Shown: one piece after another, positions 19,393 through 29,296 of the stretch
How the letters are laid out: each line of letters opens with the position of its first letter
Position numbering within the stretch: the stretch's first letter is position 1
From: Candidatus Bathyarchaeia archaeon
GTDB lineage: Archaea > Thermoproteota > Bathyarchaeia > 40CM-2-53-6
Direction of reading: 5' to 3'
NCBI GenBank assembly: GCA_035656295.1
Contig: DASRSU010000008.1
Coordinates: 983,420-1,047,419, forward strand
DNA: 64,000 bases
The notes under the pieces: generated by a model
What the model was told of the DNA's origin: nothing
The model's input: only the letters and a program-made list of their open reading frames with translations
Database searches by the model: none
Translations under genes and position numbers: made by a program

Positions 19393-19587
19393 ATGCCAGC
19401 TGAGATCACGAAGCTTGACGAGTTCATACAATTGTCCGAGACAGCGCACGAGTGCAGGGTCAAACGAGCCCAGGATATTGTGAAGCTGAAGCTTCGGACT
19501 CCAAACAAGCTCTACACTTACAAGACCAAGGTTGACCGTGCCGACGAAGTCATCAAGAGACTAAAGTGTGAAATCGTAGAAGTCTAG
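19393..19587 (+). CDS. rpl38e: 50S ribosomal protein eL38
   Basis: MPAEITKLDEFIQ...LYTYKTKVDRADEVIKRLK resembles eL38 (LYT...EKAEKL pattern). ATG at 19393; the track ORF begins upstream at 19264. Confidence 0.65.
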   Translation: MPAEITKLDEFIQLSETAHECRVKRAQDIVKLKLRTPNKLYTYKTKVDRADEVIKRLKCEIVEV

Positions 19588-19901
19588 CCTCCGTGCGCGA
19601 CCGGGATAATGGTCACGATCGTTCCCGGTTCAAGCAATGTCTTTAGACCATGGAAAATGTTCATGTCCTGATCGTTAAGCAAGATTATCACGTTCGGTCT
19701 CGGATCCTGCGTCGCAGAGTCAACAAGAAAATCCCTGAACTGGTTGTTACCAACTCGTTGTAGAAGGGCCGCAATCATTTCTGACACTGTAGTACGTGAC
19801 GAGGATTGTAGTTCTAGTTCCCGCTTGCCAGCAGCGCTTGCCAATACTCCAATCAGCTTGACATAGTACGTGTTAACGGAAACGGTCTGGGTTTCACTCA
19901 A
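19584..19901 (-). CDS. MoaD/ThiS-like beta-grasp small protein with C-terminal GG (SAMP-like)
   Basis: 105 aa ending in ...IIPVAHGG, MoaD-like pattern. Confidence 0.6.
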   Translation of the reverse strand: MSETQTVSVNTYYVKLIGVLASAAGKRELELQSSSRTTVSEMIAALLQRVGNNQFRDFLVDSATQDPRPNVIILLNDQDMNIFHGLKTLLEPGTIVTIIPVAHGG

Positions 19902-20850
19902 AGACGAAAACCTCCTCCTGATATCTACGACTGCCGATCCAGGATCCCTCAGGAAGCCGCTTTATCGTTTTTGACCGGAGATGCCGGAGAAATAGTCGCT
20001 CAGCCTTACCGTGCTCTCGGCCTCGAAGCCATTCAAGCGGCACCCTCGTCGCAAGGGGCCTAGATGGAATTAGATGCCGAGTTGTTTTGGGGGGAAACAA
20101 GTGCCGGCGCGTCGCCGCGTCCACTACTTCTGGTTTAGTGACGAGAATTGTCGACATTACGAAGGCTGGCTCCTCGACGCTTTGCGATCGCGGATTGTCA
20201 ACGTATGATATGCCCAACTCGGAATGGCGCGCAAATTCCTCAAGTCGGAAGGCCTGCCTCGACAGCTCGAGGGGATCACTTGCTCCAGAACGAAAGACGA
20301 AGCACTCTTGCATGTCGTGGAGCGCCGCATAAGCCCGTCGTTCAGAGAGAAACGTGTCAGCATCTGCCAGAGAGGCTTTGCTCGGACCGAGATTACAGGT
20401 TTTGATGAAGGTATCAAGAGCCTCACCGCCGATTATCCTATGCCACCTGTCGACTTGAACCAGAGGGTTCTCGTAGTCAATGAGCGCGGCTGGTGCGTAT
20501 TCGTATCCTAGCTGGGAGAGCGCTGCTAATCGATGCGTCCCATCGAGCACTGTGCCTGATCTCACATCAGCAACTATAGGGTGTCTAAGGGTTCCATCTG
20601 TCTTCATGTCCTGTGCTATGGCAGCTAGATCAGCGGGCACCGTTTCTTCGTGGGGTCTAAGGTCATGTATCTTTTTCAGTTGAATTTGTAACGGAACCTT
20701 GGCGTTGACGAGTATGAAAGAGCGGGTGGACGAGGCTAGGCCCAACAGCGGTGTTGGACGGTTGGAAGAACTATCGTTCTTCTGCTTCGGCTGGGGCTTC
20801 CGTTGGTGCAGCAGCCCTTTTGATTTCGACGATTTTGAGCCGTGTGACAT
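19894..20850 (-). CDS. ParB/sulfiredoxin-like nuclease-domain protein
   Basis: ParB/Srx motif IVADVRSGTVLDGTHRLAALSQLGY (GHHR-type). The low-complexity N-terminus overlaps rps17e by 80 nt, so the true start may lie further downstream. Confidence 0.55.
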   Translation of the reverse strand: MSHGSKSSKSKGLLHQRKPQPKQKNDSSSNRPTPLLGLASSTRSFILVNAKVPLQIQLKKIHDLRPHEETVPADLAAIAQDMKTDGTLRHPIVADVRSGTVLDGTHRLAALSQLGYEYAPAALIDYENPLVQVDRWHRIIGGEALDTFIKTCNLGPSKASLADADTFLSERRAYAALHDMQECFVFRSGASDPLELSRQAFRLEEFARHSELGISYVDNPRSQSVEEPAFVMSTILVTKPEVVDAATRRHLFPPKTTRHLIPSRPLATRVPLEWLRGREHGKAERLFLRHLRSKTIKRLPEGSWIGSRRYQEEVFVFE

Positions 20851-21007
20851 AGCCTACGATCCTGTTCCTGAGACGCTTGGTCTTGGCGTCAACCAGGTCT
20901 GCCATTACTTTCTTGTTGGATTCATAATTGGTTGTGAATTTGTCCGGATAGCGTCCGACTAGTTCACGCGCCACTTTTTTCACAGCTGCTATCCGAACTT
21001 TTCCCAC
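20771..21007 (-). CDS. rps17e: 30S ribosomal protein eS17
   Basis: MGKVRIAAVKKVARELVGRYPDKFTTNYESNKKVMADL...KRLRNRIVGYVTRL is a typical eS17 sequence. Confidence 0.85.
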   Translation of the reverse strand: MGKVRIAAVKKVARELVGRYPDKFTTNYESNKKVMADLVDAKTKRLRNRIVGYVTRLKIVEIKRAAAPTEAPAEAEER

Positions 21008-21129
21008 TCAGAGCACTTCTACGGAGTCGCGGCTCGGCATTGACCTTTTAAATATTTGGAGTCAGAAATCATAGTTGAGCCGACTAAGCGTTAAATAGAC
21101 TATTTTGGGACCTGAAACCGGTCGCATAG

Positions 21130-21351
21130 TTGGCAGAGAGCGAAATTTCAACCGCTGCAGTCCATAGGCTCATAAAAAAGGGTGGTGCCGGGCGAATAGG
21201 GGACGATGCAGCGGAAGAACTGCGAAAAGTCGTCGAAGAATTCGCCGTCAAAATCGGCAAAGAAGCCCTGGAACTGGCGACGCATGCAGGCCGGAAGACC
21301 GTCCGCGCAGAGGATATCCGCCTATCCGTCCGAAGGTTGCAGAAGGATTAG
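21130..21351 (+). CDS. archaeal histone (HMf-like histone fold)
   Basis: 73 aa; IGDDAAEEL...ATHAGRKTVRAEDIRLSV matches archaeal histone fold motifs. Confidence 0.85.
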   Translation: MAESEISTAAVHRLIKKGGAGRIGDDAAEELRKVVEEFAVKIGKEALELATHAGRKTVRAEDIRLSVRRLQKD

Positions 21352-21565
21352 CCTAAACCCGTTATCGCCGCGACTCCTTTACAGGCTGCGCGGCCCTCAA
21401 AACGACGATTGCAGCGTAGCTTTGGTTGGTCGACTTAGGATTGGCCCCCGTGTGCACTTTGACTTTTGCAAGGGATATCATGACAAGTTTCGGGATATGT
21501 CGTTGCGTTTGGGAATTGTGTGTAGACTTGTCAAATTCCAGCTGACATCGAGTAAGGTTTTTAAC

Positions 21566-21578
21566 CGAAAATCGTCCG
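21566..21578 (+). promoter_or_regulatory. candidate TATA box (GGTTTTTAACCGA) about 25-35 nt upstream of the thermosome start
   Basis: AT-rich TTTTTAA element at the expected archaeal TATA distance from a probably leaderless gene. Confidence 0.3.
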
Positions 21579-21601
21579 GGCCCTCGTTTGAGCAATAAGA
21601 A

Positions 21602-23224
21602 ATGTCGTATTTGGCTAATCAACCCATCCTAATTCTGAAGGAAGGCTCGTCCAGAAACCGAGGAAAGGACGCGCAGAGAAGTAACATCAGCGCCGCCAGG
21701 ATAGTTTCCGAAGTTGTCAAGACAACTTTGGGGCCCAGGGGAATGGACAAGATGATGGTCGACAGTCTGGGCGACGTAACTATCACTAGCGACGGTGCAA
21801 CCGTCCTCGACGAATTAGATGTTCAACATCCAGCTGCAAAGATGCTGGTAGAAGTTGCGAAAACACAGGACGACGAGGTCGGCGACGGCACGACCACTGC
21901 GGTCGTTCTTGCGGGAGAGCTTTTGAAAAGAGCCGAACTGCTTCTCGACCAGGGGCTTCATCCAACGGTCATCAACGCCGGTTATCGGAAGGCCGGAGAA
22001 CGTGCGAAGGAAATCCTGAACGAAATTTCAGAACCTGTCGATCTGAAAGACAAGGCGACCCTCAAGAGAGTTGCACTTACCTCAATGTCAGGTAAGGGGC
22101 TTGGGAACGCCGCGGAAAAATTTGCAGAGATTGCAGTAGACGCTGTGAAGCAGATCACGGAAAAGAGGGGAGAAGGCTTCACCGCCGATATTGACAATAT
22201 TCAGCTAGTCAAGAAAGAGGGAAAGAGTCTGAACGACTCGGAACTCATCAAGGGAGTGATCATCGACAAGGAAGTAGTTCACGCTGGAATGCCGAAGCGC
22301 GTCGAGAAGGCGAGGATAGCATTACTGGACACTGCGCTTGAAATTGAGAAGACAGAGTTCAGCGCTGAAATCAAGATCAGCAACCCACAACAGATGCAAT
22401 CATTCCTCGATGAGGAGACGAAGCTGATGAATGACATGGTGGAGAAGATCAAGGCGTCCGGTGCAAACGTCGTCCTCTGCCAGAAAGGAATAGACGAAGT
22501 CGCACAGTCCTTCATGGCTAAAGAAGGAATTCTAGCGGCTAGACGAATCAAAAAGTCTGACATTGAAAAACTATCAAGAGCAACCGGCGCTCGAATAATC
22601 ACGAACCTGGAGGACATCCGGAAGGACGACCTAGGCGCGGCCGGTCTTGTGGAAGAGAGGAAGATAGGTGATGACAAGATGATCTTCGTTGAAGAGGCGA
22701 AGGATCCCAAGTCCGTCAGCATACTCATCCGAGCGGGACTCGAAAGAATGGTCGACGAGGCTGAGAGAGCCATCAAAGACGCGCTTTCAGTGGTCATAGA
22801 CGTCGTCAAGAAGAGCAAGATAGTCGCAGGAGGCGGAGCGACCGAGACCGAGCTAGCCAAGAGAATACGAGAGTATGCAACAAAGATAGGCGGAAGAGAA
22901 CAGCTTGCAGTCGAAGCATTCGCAGACTCGCTCGAGGTAATTCCTCGGACACTAGCAGACAATGCTGGCCTCGACCAGATCAACATTCTCGTGTCTTTGA
23001 GAGCAGCCCACGACGACAAGGGAATCTGGAGCGGAATCAACGTGTTCACCGGAGAAGTGTCCCACATGATGAAGGAAGGAGTCATCGAACCACTCAAAGT
23101 GAAGGAACACGCAATCGGCTCAGCCGTAGAAGTTGCATCAATGATACTCAGGATCGACGACGTAATCGCCGGGGCCAAGCCACCGCCAATGCCGAAAGGC
23201 CAGGGAGGTATGCCGCACGAGTAG
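21602..23224 (+). CDS. ths: thermosome subunit (group II chaperonin)
   Basis: 540 aa; [21 protein letters not shown] and GDGTTTAV group II chaperonin signatures. Confidence 0.95.
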   Translation: MSYLANQPILILKEGSSRNRGKDAQRSNISAARIVSEVVKTTLGPRGMDKMMVDSLGDVTITSDGATVLDELDVQHPAAKMLVEVAKTQDDEVGDGTTTAVVLAGELLKRAELLLDQGLHPTVINAGYRKAGERAKEILNEISEPVDLKDKATLKRVALTSMSGKGLGNAAEKFAEIAVDAVKQITEKRGEGFTADIDNIQLVKKEGKSLNDSELIKGVIIDKEVVHAGMPKRVEKARIALLDTALEIEKTEFSAEIKISNPQQMQSFLDEETKLMNDMVEKIKASGANVVLCQKGIDEVAQSFMAKEGILAARRIKKSDIEKLSRATGARIITNLEDIRKDDLGAAGLVEERKIGDDKMIFVEEAKDPKSVSILIRAGLERMVDEAERAIKDALSVVIDVVKKSKIVAGGGATETELAKRIREYATKIGGREQLAVEAFADSLEVIPRTLADNAGLDQINILVSLRAAHDDKGIWSGINVFTGEVSHMMKEGVIEPLKVKEHAIGSAVEVASMILRIDDVIAGAKPPPMPKGQGGMPHE

Positions 23225-23272
23225 TGGATCCGGAAAAAACACTTAACTGAACAAGGTATTTTGCCGGTCCGT

Positions 23273-23386
23273 GCTCCGGTAGTATAGACCGGTCTACAAT
23301 ACAGGCCGAGAGTATGCCGGACTCTCGATCCGGCGACCCGGGTTCAAAAGGCTCTAAACAGCCAGAAACTCCCGGCCGGAGCACCA
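23273..23386 (+). tRNA. tRNA gene with non-canonical intron(s); candidate anticodon stem-loop GCCGGA-CUCUCGA-UCCGGC (possible anticodon CUC, Glu)
   Basis: Acceptor GCTCCGG pairs with CCGGAGC followed by A-CCA. T-stem CCGGG/CCCGG appears interrupted by ~21 nt. Needs a covariance-model tool. Confidence 0.4.
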
Positions 23387-23962
23387 TTGGCCCAAAAAAT
23401 AATCATCGTTACTGGCACACCTGGAGTTGGCAAGACAAAGCTCGCTCAGGGAATCGGCAAGCGAACGGGACTCCCAGTGTTGGGCTTCAGCGAATTCGTC
23501 AAGAAAAACAGGCTTTACACAGACTTCGATCGAAAAAGGCTGTCATATGTGGTCGATGAGCAGAAAGTCCGCCAACGCCTCAAGTCTCTCACTAAGCAAG
23601 CAACAGATGGGCTAGTGATTGACACTCATATCGTGGATCAGCTAATCCCGAAAAACGTCAAGCCAACGGTGATAGTCCTCCGGCTGGATCCAATGATATT
23701 ATCGAGACGGCTTCGTCGCAGAGGATGGAAGAAAAGCAAAGTATGGGAAAACGTTGAGTCTGAGCTGATCGACCTCTCCCTCTTCGACGCTATTCAGGCG
23801 TTCGGAATCAGGAAGTTGCACGAGATTGATTCAACAGGGAAGTCGGCTTCGACACTATTGTCATTAGCACTGCGGATAATTTCACAATCAAAACCGACGC
23901 AACATGGAAGGGTTAACTGGCTGGCCAAATACGATCCGATCGAAGTCGCCAGGCGGCTCTAG
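23387..23962 (+). CDS. Fap7/AK6-like nucleoside kinase (putative adenylate kinase)
   Basis: P-loop IIIVTGTPGVGKTKLAQ; ~190 aa; archaeal Fap7-like architecture. TTG start abuts the tRNA end. Confidence 0.6.
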   Translation: MAQKIIIVTGTPGVGKTKLAQGIGKRTGLPVLGFSEFVKKNRLYTDFDRKRLSYVVDEQKVRQRLKSLTKQATDGLVIDTHIVDQLIPKNVKPTVIVLRLDPMILSRRLRRRGWKKSKVWENVESELIDLSLFDAIQAFGIRKLHEIDSTGKSASTLLSLALRIISQSKPTQHGRVNWLAKYDPIEVARRL

Positions 23963-24163
23963 ATGGAAAAGAAAGAATTCGTATTAGCAGAGTGTCCTCG
24001 TTGTAAGACCCTGCTGGTTGCAGATCGTCGCTACAAGACAAAGACATGTCCCAAGTGTAATTCGAGAATCGATGTCAGCGCACTCGTTGTTCTCTCGAAG
24101 GCCAAAGATTCGAGGGAGGCCCGTGTGCTATTGTCCAAGGCAAAGCTTGAACGAGCCGGATAA
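23963..24163 (+). CDS. small zinc-ribbon protein
   Basis: CPRC...CPKC four-Cys ribbon in 66 aa. Confidence 0.4.
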   Translation: MEKKEFVLAECPRCKTLLVADRRYKTKTCPKCNSRIDVSALVVLSKAKDSREARVLLSKAKLERAG

Positions 24164-24214
24164 GACCAAACATGATATATCGGGTCAGCTTTGCCCGGGT
24201 CAAAGGCGTAATCC

Positions 24215-24655
24215 ATGTCCTCCACCGCTGGCCGCAAATTCATGGAAGAACTATCCAACCTTCTCCAGAAACACGTTAGCGTTGTCACCAGCCAAGGCAA
24301 AACATTCGTTGGAACTCTTACGGGCGTGGACACAGAAAACCTGAGTGTTTGCCTTACCGGTGTAAAGAGCGACCAAGGCGACATTCACAAACTCTTCCTG
24401 AACGGTAATATCATCCTCCAGATCTCCAGCTTCGAGAAGCCCTTCGACCTTCACAGCCTCGGAGAAAGACTGGAACGCGTGTTTCCGAGAATGGTCCGCG
24501 TCATGGATGATGCCGGCGTCATTGTGGTCATGGACAGGATTCGGTTGAATGAACGAGGGATCATTGAAGGCGCTGGTCCTGCAGCCGAACGCGTCCAACG
24601 AGTCTTCGACGAATTCATCAGAGAGAAAGGCGTCAAAGTAAGCCCCGCGGCATGA
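24215..24655 (+). CDS. Sm-like (LSm) archaeal protein with C-terminal extension
   Basis: Sm fold motif region LSNLLQKHVSVVTSQGKTFVGTLTGVDTENLSVCLTGV. Confidence 0.65.
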   Translation: MSSTAGRKFMEELSNLLQKHVSVVTSQGKTFVGTLTGVDTENLSVCLTGVKSDQGDIHKLFLNGNIILQISSFEKPFDLHSLGERLERVFPRMVRVMDDAGVIVVMDRIRLNERGIIEGAGPAAERVQRVFDEFIREKGVKVSPAA

Positions 24656-26232
24656 CCTTCCAAGTTCATCACAAAGACCTCCTAGGCAGAGTCGGAACAC
24701 TCACAACGAAGAGCGGAGCCTTTACCACACCCCACATGTTCCCCGTCCTCGACCCGAACGGGCCCAGGATTGACAAGAAACTCCTCGAAGAATCCGATAT
24801 CCAAGCCGTAATGACGAACGCGTATCTCTTGGGGAGGAGCCGCGACTGGAAAGATCCAGTCGACGTACACACAACGTTAGGCTTCGACCGGACAATTGCT
24901 ACCGACTCTGGTGCGTATCAAATCCTACAATACGGAAAAGTCGGCGTTCAACCTCGAGAAATAGTAGAGTACCAAGAAAAGATCAATACTGACATCGGCG
25001 TGATTCTCGATGTTCCAACAGGTTTCAAATCTGGCCTAGGTCATGCGCATTGGACTGTCGATGAGACAATACGTCGCGCTGATGAGGCTCTCAAGAGTGT
25101 TACGAGAAAGGACATTCTCTGGGTAGGCCCTGTTCAGGGAGGAACCGATCTAGCTGAGGTTGAGAGATGCGCGTTGTCAATGTCGAAACGTGACTTTTCC
25201 ATCTACGCCCTCGGAAGCCCAACCGAGCTAATGGAGGGCCAACACTTCGAAGTTCTGGTCGACATGATAATCACTGCCAAACAGTCGCTCCCCATTGCCA
25301 AGCCGCTCCACCTGTTCGGGGCTGGCCACCCCGCCATCTTCCCGTTCCTTGTTGCTCTCGGCTGTGACCTGTTCGATTCAGCCGCCTACGCACTTTACGC
25401 TCGTGCAGGACGTTACCTCACGCCCGACGGTACCTTACTCTTGGAGGACATGGAGGAATACGCATGTCCATGTCCCGCATGCCGTGATAGTACTCCAACC
25501 GAAATCCTGAAGCTAGCTGCTGCGGATAGAGAAGCGCGTCTCATGCAACACAATTTGACGAGCTGCTTCGTCGAGCTGAGACGGATCAGGGAAGCGATCA
25601 GGAGAGGGAAGCTCTGGGACCTATTGGAGATGAGATCCGGGACTCATCCCGCGTTCAAGAAATGCTTCGGTCGGATACGCAAGTACGCGAATATTATCCA
25701 AGCTTACAATCCGTTTGTCAAGCCTCATGGAATATTCTACTTTGGCTCGACAAGCAACGACCGTCCGGAGATCACAACCTATGCCTCTCGCCTCGCACAC
25801 GTTCGGCCGGCGTCGAAACCGATGCTTCTTTTGTTGCCGGGACGATGGAGGCGACCTTTTCATGAGGATCCCAGATACCAGGCCGTAGCAAAAGCGTTCC
25901 AGAACAGCAATCGAATCAGGACGTGTTTCTACTCGGTTGCGTATGGTCCAGTCCCGTTAGAGCTTGACGAGTCATTTCCCATCGCTCAAACCGAAAGCTA
26001 TGACCCTCAAGATTCGAGATTGTACGCGATCCGAGCGCGTGATACAGCCCGTTTCGTATTGAGCCAGGATCCGCGCCACGTCGTGGTCGTGTCGGAATCT
26101 GCCTACGGCCGTGCCGTATACAGAGAAGTATCGCGCGTAGTTTCACGAAAAAATCTTTCACTCTTCCAGGGTACCACAAGTGCTGAAGACTTGATCCATG
26201 ATGTCAAAAGAAAGTTTAGAGTTCCCGCTTAA
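24652..26232 (+). CDS. tgtA: archaeosine tRNA-guanine transglycosylase (arcTGT)
   Basis: TGT catalytic region (LGFDRTIATDSGAYQ), zinc site CPCPACR, ~526 aa with C-terminal extension. Confidence 0.8.
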   Translation: MTFQVHHKDLLGRVGTLTTKSGAFTTPHMFPVLDPNGPRIDKKLLEESDIQAVMTNAYLLGRSRDWKDPVDVHTTLGFDRTIATDSGAYQILQYGKVGVQPREIVEYQEKINTDIGVILDVPTGFKSGLGHAHWTVDETIRRADEALKSVTRKDILWVGPVQGGTDLAEVERCALSMSKRDFSIYALGSPTELMEGQHFEVLVDMIITAKQSLPIAKPLHLFGAGHPAIFPFLVALGCDLFDSAAYALYARAGRYLTPDGTLLLEDMEEYACPCPACRDSTPTEILKLAAADREARLMQHNLTSCFVELRRIREAIRRGKLWDLLEMRSGTHPAFKKCFGRIRKYANIIQAYNPFVKPHGIFYFGSTSNDRPEITTYASRLAHVRPASKPMLLLLPGRWRRPFHEDPRYQAVAKAFQNSNRIRTCFYSVAYGPVPLELDESFPIAQTESYDPQDSRLYAIRARDTARFVLSQDPRHVVVVSESAYGRAVYREVSRVVSRKNLSLFQGTTSAEDLIHDVKRKFRVPA

Positions 26233-26987
26233 GCATACATTCGCTGTAGAGATCTTCGCGTCAACCTAGACTTCTGGTCGAACTCTCGCTCGATAAATTT
26301 GGCATCCTTCACCAACTCATCCACGTCCATCTTGAAATTGTACGCTTTCATGATCTTTCGAATAGCAAGCGCCGCCGCAGCTGGATCGGCCCTAGCAGGC
26401 TCAGCATAAGGAAGAACTGCGATCGCTGGAAAGTCGTGGATCTCAAACTCGCTCAACATGACCGCTAGAGGACCGTAAACTAGCAATCCCGGCTCGAGTA
26501 TTGGGGCCTTGAAGATTTTGGCCCGGTCAAGGTATGCACCAGTAGGCACAACGCAATAGTCTTCATGGTTCTGCTTGAAAGCTGAGTCAAGTCCGCCTAT
26601 CAAAATAGCGTCCTTGAATTTTTCTTCGATTGCCCACTTGGAAAGTGACTTGGCGAACTCTGCTTCCTCGGATCGGTGTGGAGAAAACTCCAGCTTCACG
26701 AAAACGGTTCTGTGGCTTCGGTAGACCTCGAATGGTGTAACCAATCCTCCTTCTGCTGTCCCAACCCACGGTGGAGGATTCGCCACTTCGATGAACCCTA
26801 TACGATCAGCCTTCATTGCATGGATCATGTACGATGTCGCAATGTAGCCTGTCTGCCCGACTCCGTGGAATCCCGTGACAAGCGTGGATCCCTTGAGATT
26901 TTTCGAATCGACGAGCAAGCGGACAGTCATTATTGAACAACAACGAATTGTAGATCCCCCTACAACATCCTGCCTAAAAAACTGCAC
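26229..26987 (-). CDS. PAC2-family protein (proteasome assembly chaperone-like)
   Basis: LVTGFHGVGQTGYIATSYM resembles the PAC2/PbaA-B GFPGVG motif. The real start is possibly at MTVRLLV (26930). Confidence 0.5.
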   Translation of the reverse strand: MQFFRQDVVGGSTIRCCSIMTVRLLVDSKNLKGSTLVTGFHGVGQTGYIATSYMIHAMKADRIGFIEVANPPPWVGTAEGGLVTPFEVYRSHRTVFVKLEFSPHRSEEAEFAKSLSKWAIEEKFKDAILIGGLDSAFKQNHEDYCVVPTGAYLDRAKIFKAPILEPGLLVYGPLAVMLSEFEIHDFPAIAVLPYAEPARADPAAAALAIRKIMKAYNFKMDVDELVKDAKFIEREFDQKSRLTRRSLQRMYA

Positions 26988-27173
26988 CCAACCAATATTC
27001 TGTGTTCACTTCCCACCAAGCATCAACCGACTTCGATAAGACTCAGAGTCTATGAAGAACAAAGCGCTCACTGCAACCATGGTCTTTTATTGTAGTCTAC
27101 AGACCTCCAGAGTCCTAAACTGCGAGCTTAGAACAGCCAAGATGTTTCACGGACAGTCCGTCATGGGGTTTCA

Positions 27174-28430
27174 ATGAAGATCAGGTTCATGGGTGCCTGC
27201 CAAGAAGTTGGCAGGTCTGCTTTCGCCGTCAGCGTTGGCGAGAAGTGGGTCGTGCTGGACTACGGCGTTATGGTTAATCATCACGTCGGCTTTCCAATGC
27301 ACATTCCGCCAAAAGATGTGGAAGCCATCGTTCTAACACACGCGCATCTCGACCATGTGGGCTCAGCACCGATCTTCTACATTCATGGAGGAGTCCCCTT
27401 GTACGGAGTCCAACCTACATTCACTCTGACTAATCTGATAATCAAAGACTTTCTGAAATTGAGCGGCTACTATGCTCCTTACGAGTTTCTCGATCTCCAA
27501 ACAATGCTCAAACATCAGCGTGAACTACACTACAAGCAAGCAACAGACATTGGCAATGGCTCAGTGACACTCATCAACGCAGGACACATCCCTGGCAGCG
27601 GACAAGCAATAGTGCACAGCGAAGGCAAGAGAATACTCTACACCGCGGATTTTAACAGACAACCAAGCAGGCTAGTTGACGGGGCTGACCCTGATTACAA
27701 GAACTTGGATGCCATAATCATCGAGGCCACATACGCCACCGAAGACCATCCCGTCAGAGACGACTTGGAGAAGGAATTTGTCGAAAAGGTCACGGAAGTA
27801 GTTGAGGGTGGCGGAACAGTTCTAGTGCCTGCGTTCGGCATAGGCAGATCCCAGGAACTTCTCAGCGTACTCTCAGCATACCACTTCGAACACCCAGTCT
27901 TCGTCGACGGAATGGCACTTGACGCAATGGAGCTATTGCTGAAGCATCCAGACGCGTTGCGCGATCCTAGAGTATTCGAGAGAGCAAGCAAGATGGCCCA
28001 CTGGGTGGATGGCTGGAACGATCGAAGGAGAGCCGCAAAGACACCAGGAGTAATCATCTCTCCCGCTGGAATGCTGAAAGGTGGAGCCTCCGTGTTCTAC
28101 ATGGAAAACGTTGCTCCAAAGAAACAGAACGCTGTCTTCATGGTGAGCTTCCAGGTCCCAGGAAGCCCAGGCAGGATTCTATTGGAAAGGCGGAAATTCG
28201 TCATCCATGGCAGAGCCAGACCAGTAGATGCTCGCATCGAACGGTTCGACTTTTCATCCCACGGCGGCAAAAGAGAGCTCGAACAAACACTTTCTGAACT
28301 AGACAAGAAGACAAAAGTCTACACAGTTCACGGAGCAGAGGGAAACTGCAAGAAACTTGCAGAGTACGCCTCAAAGGAGCTCGGCTTGGAGGCCATAGCT
28401 CCAAAGACAAGTGATGTTGTAGAGATCTAA
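27174..28430 (+). CDS. metallo-beta-lactamase/beta-CASP ribonuclease (aCPSF-like)
   Basis: HAHLDHVG (HxHxDH) motif plus beta-CASP-like C-terminal region; 418 aa. Confidence 0.75.
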   Translation: MKIRFMGACQEVGRSAFAVSVGEKWVVLDYGVMVNHHVGFPMHIPPKDVEAIVLTHAHLDHVGSAPIFYIHGGVPLYGVQPTFTLTNLIIKDFLKLSGYYAPYEFLDLQTMLKHQRELHYKQATDIGNGSVTLINAGHIPGSGQAIVHSEGKRILYTADFNRQPSRLVDGADPDYKNLDAIIIEATYATEDHPVRDDLEKEFVEKVTEVVEGGGTVLVPAFGIGRSQELLSVLSAYHFEHPVFVDGMALDAMELLLKHPDALRDPRVFERASKMAHWVDGWNDRRRAAKTPGVIISPAGMLKGGASVFYMENVAPKKQNAVFMVSFQVPGSPGRILLERRKFVIHGRARPVDARIERFDFSSHGGKRELEQTLSELDKKTKVYTVHGAEGNCKKLAEYASKELGLEAIAPKTSDVVEI

Positions 28431-28435
28431 AAACG

Positions 28436-29296
28436 ATGGCAGGCGCTCAAGAGCCTGCTTTCAAAGCACGGCCCATACAGCTTCTCCCCGTGGCCCTCGG
28501 TCTTATCGTTACTGGGGCCCTCGGCGCTCCACTTGCGACTCGTCAAGCGCCCACTGCCCAAGTAACTCCCTTCCTTGGTGACAACGTACCGATAGCCTCA
28601 CTGAACGCAATCATATTCGTCGTCGCTTTGGCTGCAAGCGCGACTGTAATGTTTCTCTTCATTCGACGAGGAAGAATGCACTTCATCAGGAAACTTGTCC
28701 AAGCTGCTTTGATAATCGTAAGTTTCGCCGTAGTGTTCTGGTACGCAAGTTCGATCTTTCAACTATTGGGAAGCCCGATCGCTGACCCTCTGGGAACAAT
28801 CGTTTTGGCGGTGATCTCGATCCTGACTGCAGGAGCTGTAGGAACACTGGTGGTCGGAAAGAGAAAGACTGGTCAGCTTGCCGGGCTGACACTTGTAGGT
28901 CCACTGACTGGAATATTTCTCGGATACTCAATTGGCCTAATCACCGCTGTCGTCCTAGTGGCGGCCTTGATCATCTACGACATATTCGCGGTTTTCCGTG
29001 GGCCCGTGGGAGCATTAGCAAAGAGATTGGAGCCAGACGACCTCCCAGGAGCCATGCTCACTTATGGCGAACTTAGCATTGGAATGGGCGATCTAGTTTT
29101 CTATTCTCTCGTTGCCACGGTTGCACTGGTGAATCTTGGCTGGCTTCCATTCCTAGCCGCAGCCATCGGAATTCTTCTCGGGAGCTACATTGGCTTTAGA
29201 GCATTAGCAAAACACGAGATGTTTCCTGGACTTCCGTTCTCGCTTGCCCTCGGCGTGGCCGGGATGTTCCTAGCTTATTGGCTGCAGCTGCTGTAG
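28436..29296 (+). CDS. presenilin/signal-peptide-peptidase-like intramembrane aspartyl protease (A22 family)
   Basis: Polytopic membrane protein with YD (IIYDIFAV), GxGD (IGMGDLVFY) and PAL-like (PFLAAA) motifs in the correct order. Confidence 0.5.
   Translation: MAGAQEPAFKARPIQLLPVALGLIVTGALGAPLATRQAPTAQVTPFLGDNVPIASLNAIIFVVALAASATVMFLFIRRGRMHFIRKLVQAALIIVSFAVVFWYASSIFQLLGSPIADPLGTIVLAVISILTAGAVGTLVVGKRKTGQLAGLTLVGPLTGIFLGYSIGLITAVVLVAALIIYDIFAVFRGPVGALAKRLEPDDLPGAMLTYGELSIGMGDLVFYSLVATVALVNLGWLPFLAAAIGILLGSYIGFRALAKHEMFPGLPFSLALGVAGMFLAYWLQLL

Noticed and set aside
22279-23178. Long antisense ORF (299 aa) inside the thermosome gene, plus other antisense ORFs in the track (e.g. 15333..16124, 6668..7249, 8501..8965)
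   Set aside because: Low-complexity Ser/Ala-rich translations lying entirely within strongly conserved genes on the opposite strand. Typical spurious shadow ORFs.
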